From contig NC_058132.1 in assembly GCF_016433145.1 (NCBI RefSeq), positions 203,993,543 to 204,057,542 of the forward strand: a stretch of 64,000 nt of DNA. The letters run 5' to 3'. Position numbers and translations under genes: made by a program. Shown piece by piece: positions 58,914 to 64,000 of the stretch; the stretch's first letter is position 1; each line of letters opens with the position of its first letter. Source of the stretch: Gracilinanus agilis. Taxonomy: Eukaryota. The notes under the pieces were generated by a model. The model was not told the DNA's origin, ran no database searches, and saw nothing but the letters and a program-made list of their open reading frames with translations.

Positions 58914-58999
58914 TTGGGGGGAAGACCCATCCCCTTCCCCCCAAAAGACAATAAATAGGGGTGTTTGGGAGGAAGGGGATGACTAGGGAGGGGGCACAG

Positions 59000-61269
59000 C
59001 TAGAGTTCGTCATTTGACCGGGTTTCCCGTGGCCTTGGCGGTGGCTGCTCCTGCTCTGAATCTGTGGAAGGAAGGAAGGAATGCATGCATGAGGCAAGGG
59101 ACCAGGGCATCTCCTCTCCGCACAGACATGGGCCTGGCTGATGCTCCCATCCCTCCACCCACCGAGACACATCCTTAGCTCGAGGCTCACCTGACCCTGG
59201 ACCACTCAGCTCCAAAGGCTCGGCATCTCCTAGATCAAGCCCTACAGTAGGGAGAGACAGGATCTGACACCAGCTCAGAGGAGAGAGAAGCCAAGCTCTA
59301 GACCCAGTTCCCCTGACCCAGCTCACCTAAGTCAGGAATCTTGGCCTTCTCCCCAGCAGCAGGTGGCTCCGGAATGGGCTCAGAATCGTCCTCTAGGGGG
59401 TAACAGGGAAGAGCAAGAAATGAGTGGGAAGGGCTAGGTAATGGGGGGGGGGGTGTTAAATGACTTCTCCAGGGTCATACAGCTAGGAAGGAGACAAACC
59501 CCCCCCAACACATACACACATACAAAGGACCATGGGGGATGGCCAAGCATCTCTCACCCAATGGTGGAATGACTTTCTCCTCCTGGGCACCAGCACTACG
59601 ATTTTGTGCAGAGTCAGTCTGGTTCTTGTTCTGGTCACGGGGACGAGGCCGGGGTTTGGCAAACTTCGCCTTATTGAGCAGGTACTGAACCTCCCGGTCC
59701 AAAGCCAACATCTTAGCCTCAATGTCCTTTGAAAGCAGAATTGGTTTCTCCGTAGCAGAGAGTTTGGCTTGTTCTGCCAGGGTGGCATTCTTCCAAGCCT
59801 GGGGATTGGGGATAGGGCTCTGTGAGCACACAGCCTGGTGCCAAACCTACCTATCCACTCACCTCACACAGGGTGGCTGCCTCTCTGATTTCACTGTTAC
59901 CAAGGGGGCTGACAGGCTAAGTAGCCCTGGGCAAAGGTTACCGAATAACATGCATCAAAGAAGAGTTTGGAGGGCAGCTGGTGGCTCAGTGGATAGAGAG
60001 TCAGGTCTAGAGAGGGAAGTCCTAGGTTCAAATCCGGCCTCAGACACTTCCTAGCTGTGTGACACTGGGCAAGTCACTTAACCTCCATTGCAGTGATGGG
60101 CAACCATCTTGATATGTCAAAATTTGCCAAAAAACTGAGCATAACTCAGGTGGTGTTTCACTTTGAAAAAAAAAAACATAATTTCACAATATTTATTGTT
60201 TAAGGGTTTGTGGGAAGACAAGTCTGGAACCAAGGTCTTCTAGATTCTGAAATTAGCACTCCCTCTACTAAACCATGCTGCCTTTTTCTCAACTTTAACT
60301 AGGTTTGTTTTTTATTAACTTTTTTTTCATCCTGGAGAATAGAAACTTTCTGATTTTATATTTGTACCCCTAGCGCCTAGCTCAATAACCAGCACAGAGG
60401 AGATACTTAATATATGCTTAGTGGACTAAAGTGAACTTTCATTGTATCATCTCCCTGAACAAATCTTTAAGAAGTTCCTGCTGATTAGTGGACTCTCTTC
60501 CCCTCTGCAGCTGTCCCCAACCCCAACAAAAAGGGGAAAAAAAAAAAAAAAAAAGAAAAAAAAACCTTCCAAACACCTGCTTTCCTTAACCCTTTCATCT
60601 CCTTCCCCTACTTCACCAAATTATTGAGTTGATTCTCCATGGCTGGTCCTCAGGCCCATCCCTATCTAGGAGGAGGGGGAGAGAAAGAGGGAGGAGAGAA
60701 GAGAAGGGGGGGAGGGAGACAGAGAGAGAAAAAGAGAGACAGAGAGAGGGGGAGAGGGAAAGAGAAGAGGAGGAGGAAGAGGGAGAAAGAGAACACCTCC
60801 CACATCCAACTGCATTTTTTGCCCTCCTTTGACCTTGTAGCTCATGCTATCCATTTAATCACTCTTCTAGAAAAGCTTCTCCTAAGTATGATAAATGTCA
60901 ACATGAAATTTCATAATAACTTTTAAACTTCTGCATTTGGATTTGAAGGGTCTGATGTACAAACATGGGGTAGATAGGACTGTCGAAGTTGAGTGACTAT
61001 AAATTCCATTTGATTTAATGGCCAAATAGCTCATGGTATCTTTTTTTTAAACCCTTAACTTCTGTCTTACAACTGCTACTAAGTATTGGTTCCAAGGCAG
61101 AAGATGGGTAAGGGCTAACTAGGCAAGAGGGGTTAGGTGACTTGCCCTGGGTCATACAGCTGGGAGTCAGGGGAGCTGGGTCTGAATTTAGGCTCTGTTC
61201 TTTACTACTTTACTTCTTTACACCACCTTTATGTAGGCAAAGGCTTTTCTAGGCATTCATCTCCTCAGC

Positions 61270-61319
<50 letters not shown>

Positions 61320-63141
61320 CTTCCTACTGAAAGGTGCCTTCTAAAAGAGCCCCAATTTCTGTAACCCTACAAAATACAGGATATGAAGTTTGAGCTCCCC
61401 CTCTGCATCTTACTAGTTTGTGTGACCTTTGACAAATCACATAACTTTCACTGTAAAATGGAAAAGAAAATGACTGTCAACTTCTGAATCACTGAGTTGA
61501 TTCTCCATGGCTGGTCCCTGATCTCTCTGGAAGCAGCCACCCTAGTCCTCGACCATGGTCAGTGATGAGTCCACCTGGGTTAATTACCCAGGTCTCATTG
61601 ATGACTTTTTCCAGTGTGCTCAGTTCCACCTCTGTGAAAATCTGGTCCATCTCTGGGATAAGTCGAGCACCCCTGGAAGGGAAATAGCAGCTCATCAGCC
61701 CAGAAGGGAGAAGACAGGAATACAGTGCAAAGACAACAGGGAGAGACTCTCGGAATCCTGCCCCTCCTCTCTCCTCCTCTACAAAATGATCTCTCACCCC
61801 CTTAGGGAATGCTGGGGTCTGGGAGGTGAGGGTTGGAGGAAGGCAGGAGAGGATGGGTCAGAGCCAGGAACACAAAACCCTTTGTCTCTTACTTGAGGAA
61901 GATGTTTGAATGGTTGAGGAGGCTGTCCAGGGCAGCCAACCGCTCAGGCCACTTCTTCCGCTCTTCCACACGGAAAAAAAGTCCCCGGCACAGCTTCTTC
62001 AGCTCAGCCAACTTCTCCTTTAGCTCCTGATGGATGGGGCAGAGAGGAACAATGACCTTGGGAGTCGCCGCCCCATGCTTCTGAGAATTCCCCTCTACAA
62101 TCCTCCAAACCACCACTGTGCTGCTTTATGGGGAGGGCTGGGGGGTGGAAGGGATCCAAACCAGCTACTTCCCCGCCATGGGTCCCTGAGGAAGAGAATG
62201 AAAGAGCAGCCCCCCATTCCCTTTTTTCTTCTTGGTGGGGGGGAGGCTACCCTACCTTGGTGCTGGCACCAAAGCCTTCATCCTCTAACCAGTTAGAGGC
62301 TGCACTAAGCTTCACAGAGATCTCCTCTCGCTCCTCCTCTGTGGAGACCTCCTGATACTCTGGCTGGTAGAGCTTGTCCTGGGGACACAGAAGACACCTG
62401 GGCTAAGGACTGAGCTGAGCCGACCACCCATTCTGGCCAATGGGACAGCAGACAAGAAAGGGCATTCTGCACATCCACACTACTGACCTGGGTTTCAAAA
62501 ATAAAGGCCTCCAGACTGTTGGCTGCCTTCTCCCTTTCCTGCTTTTCTAAGTCCCGAAGTGTCAGCTCCTGAAGCCTGGGGTAGGGGTGGGGATGGAAAA
62601 GGCCTGTGTCAGCTGTGGAAGGACCTAGGGTCAGATGCCCCCCACCCCCAGCCCCAGCCCAGACTCTCACTTGTGCAGAGATCGTGCCAGCTCCTCCTCT
62701 GGGAGGTCTGGAAGGTCAAGCACAGAAAGTTCAACTCCAATTTCCTCCACCATCTTCTGCTTCCGGGCCACCTTTGGCTTCTTTTCCTCCTCAGGGGCCT
62801 GCGCTCTGCCCTCCTGCCCTTGCTCCCTTTGGTCACTGGTTTCCTGGGAATTGGAAGGTGACATTAAAAACCCTGGCCCATACCCAAGCAGCCAGAATGG
62901 ATCCACCCTAGATTCCAGACCCCCGGGGGACCTTAATTCTACCCTTCAAGCTCACCTGGGCCTCAGCCTTTTCCGCATCTCCCTTCTCTGATGCAGCCTC
63001 TCCCTCAGGGGCTGTGCCATCGACCGGCTCAGGGCTTGGGGGCTGAGAATCCCCTTCACCAGGAACCTTGCCTTCCTCTTTGGGCTCTGCCTGCTCTCCA
63101 GGTTCCTCCTTGCTCCCCTCAGCTGGGGTCTCCTCTTCTTC
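59000..63141 (-). CDS. HYOU1: Hypoxia up-regulated protein 1 (GRP170/ORP150), last 10 coding exons; 5' part lies outside the window
   Basis: Exons 62956-63141, 62671-62843, 62488-62575, 62256-62378, 61893-62026, 61588-61672, 59558-59798, 59327-59392, 59191-59241, 59000-59061 (1209 nt, in frame). Includes EKAANSLEAFIFETQ, DREVQYLLNKAK and the C-terminal NDEL ER-retention signal. Confidence 0.97.
59968..60200 (+). mobile_element. SINE1 with a truncated, reversed hAT1-like MITE (from 60091)
   Basis: SINE up to aacctccattg, then CAGTGATGGGCAACC...gagcataactc, the reverse complement of the family B 3' end. Confidence 0.75.
60668..60795. repeat. GA-rich low-complexity tract
   Basis: Directly visible. 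Confidence 0.85.
61040..61190 (-). mobile_element. SINE1-type SINE in a HYOU1 intron
   Basis: Reversed tail and core. Confidence 0.75.
61273..61315. repeat. A43 homopolymer
   Basis: Directly visible. Confidence 0.95.
62180..62248. repeat. 69-bp inverted repeat arm B (HYOU1 intron, starting at donor +8)
   Basis: Reverse complement of 58845-58913. Confidence 0.95.
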
Positions 63142-64000
63142 CTAAAAGAAGAGGGAAGAGAAATCACACAATCACAGAGACTATCAGCTGGGACTAGTTG
63201 TTAGCTCCTACCAGACTCAGGACATCAGACAGGAGAGATCCAGAAATACAAAAGGAGCCAACCAGACCTCAAGAATGCCTGGGGCTACTGATGCTGGCTC
63301 TAAGGAGGAAGCTTTGGTGGGCTTAGCTCCAGTCTTATGGCCTGTTTCTCCATTTCTTCCCCTCGGTTCAGGATTTGATCTCTCCACTAATTTACTCCCT
63401 GATGGACAGGTAGTCCTTATTATCTACACCCATCACACCAACCACACTTGATAGGGTTAGGATTCTGTCATTAGTTGTATCACAGAACATCACTTTCAGA
63501 ACCCTGAAATGGGAAATTCCACTTCAATAACCTAGTCTCTGTTTCCTATTCCCTCACCCACCCCAAATCTACGCTTCACTCCTATATGAATCTTTCAAGA
63601 AAACTTGGATAAAATAAGATTAAAAATAAAAGAGAAGATGGATTAAAGTATCAGAATGGCAGGTTCCTTCCTGGCCAGGTATGAAGGATGTCCAATAAGG
63701 GTTCATAAAAATCTATTTGCCTATAATCTTGGTAAAACCAAAACCAAAACTCTAAAATTCATCTTAACATCTTCTGTTGATGCTACACAACATTACAACA
63801 TGGAAAACCATGAAGAATAAAAACTGCTCACCATCCAATGGGGAATGGCATAATGGGACTAAAGAGGTTGCCAAATGTTAAGAACACATCAAGTATGAGA
63901 AGTAACTCAAAAATATCCAAGGGAGATAGATAACTGGGGAAGGGGGCTACTAGGGAGCAGTGGATAGAGGACTTGGGTTCAAGTCAGGCCTCAAATACAT

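Noticed and set aside
63142-64000. Further HYOU1 exon before the window end
   Set aside because: No in-frame exon with HYOU1-like peptide found; treated as intron.

Overview
Mammalian genomic DNA, most likely a didelphid marsupial such as an opossum (inferred from Monodelphis-type SINE1, MAR1 and L1 repeats). It is syntenic to human 11q23.3. I reconstructed five spliced genes by hand, all with GT-AG boundaries and continuous reading frames: CENATAC/CCDC84 (+, 11 exons, 321 aa), RPS25 (-, 124 aa), TRAPPC4 (+, 219 aa), SLC37A4/G6PT (-, 429 aa, plus an intact 66-nt variant exon) and the last 10 coding exons of HYOU1 (-, ending NDEL). RPS25 and TRAPPC4 share a bidirectional CpG promoter, and CENATAC and RPS25 end tail-to-tail about 80 bp apart. 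The interval from about 31.2 to 57.3 kb is almost all nested transposons (L1, solo LTRs, SINEs, hAT MITEs). The most unusual signal is a 69-bp inverted repeat, not recognisable as a transposon, linking a HYOU1 intron (8 nt after a splice donor) to the HYOU1 3'UTR 3.3 kb away; all three mismatches read as G-U pairs in the sense RNA. Other notable items are a TRAPPC4 exon-3 donor carrying +3G (the human pathogenic state), a tandemly duplicated SLC37A4 donor, a stop-start (TAATG) micro-uORF on TRAPPC4, and repeated hAT MITE insertions into the same position of SINE1. No CRISPR, rRNA or tRNA genes were seen. Human comparisons and repeat family names are from memory, not from database searches.
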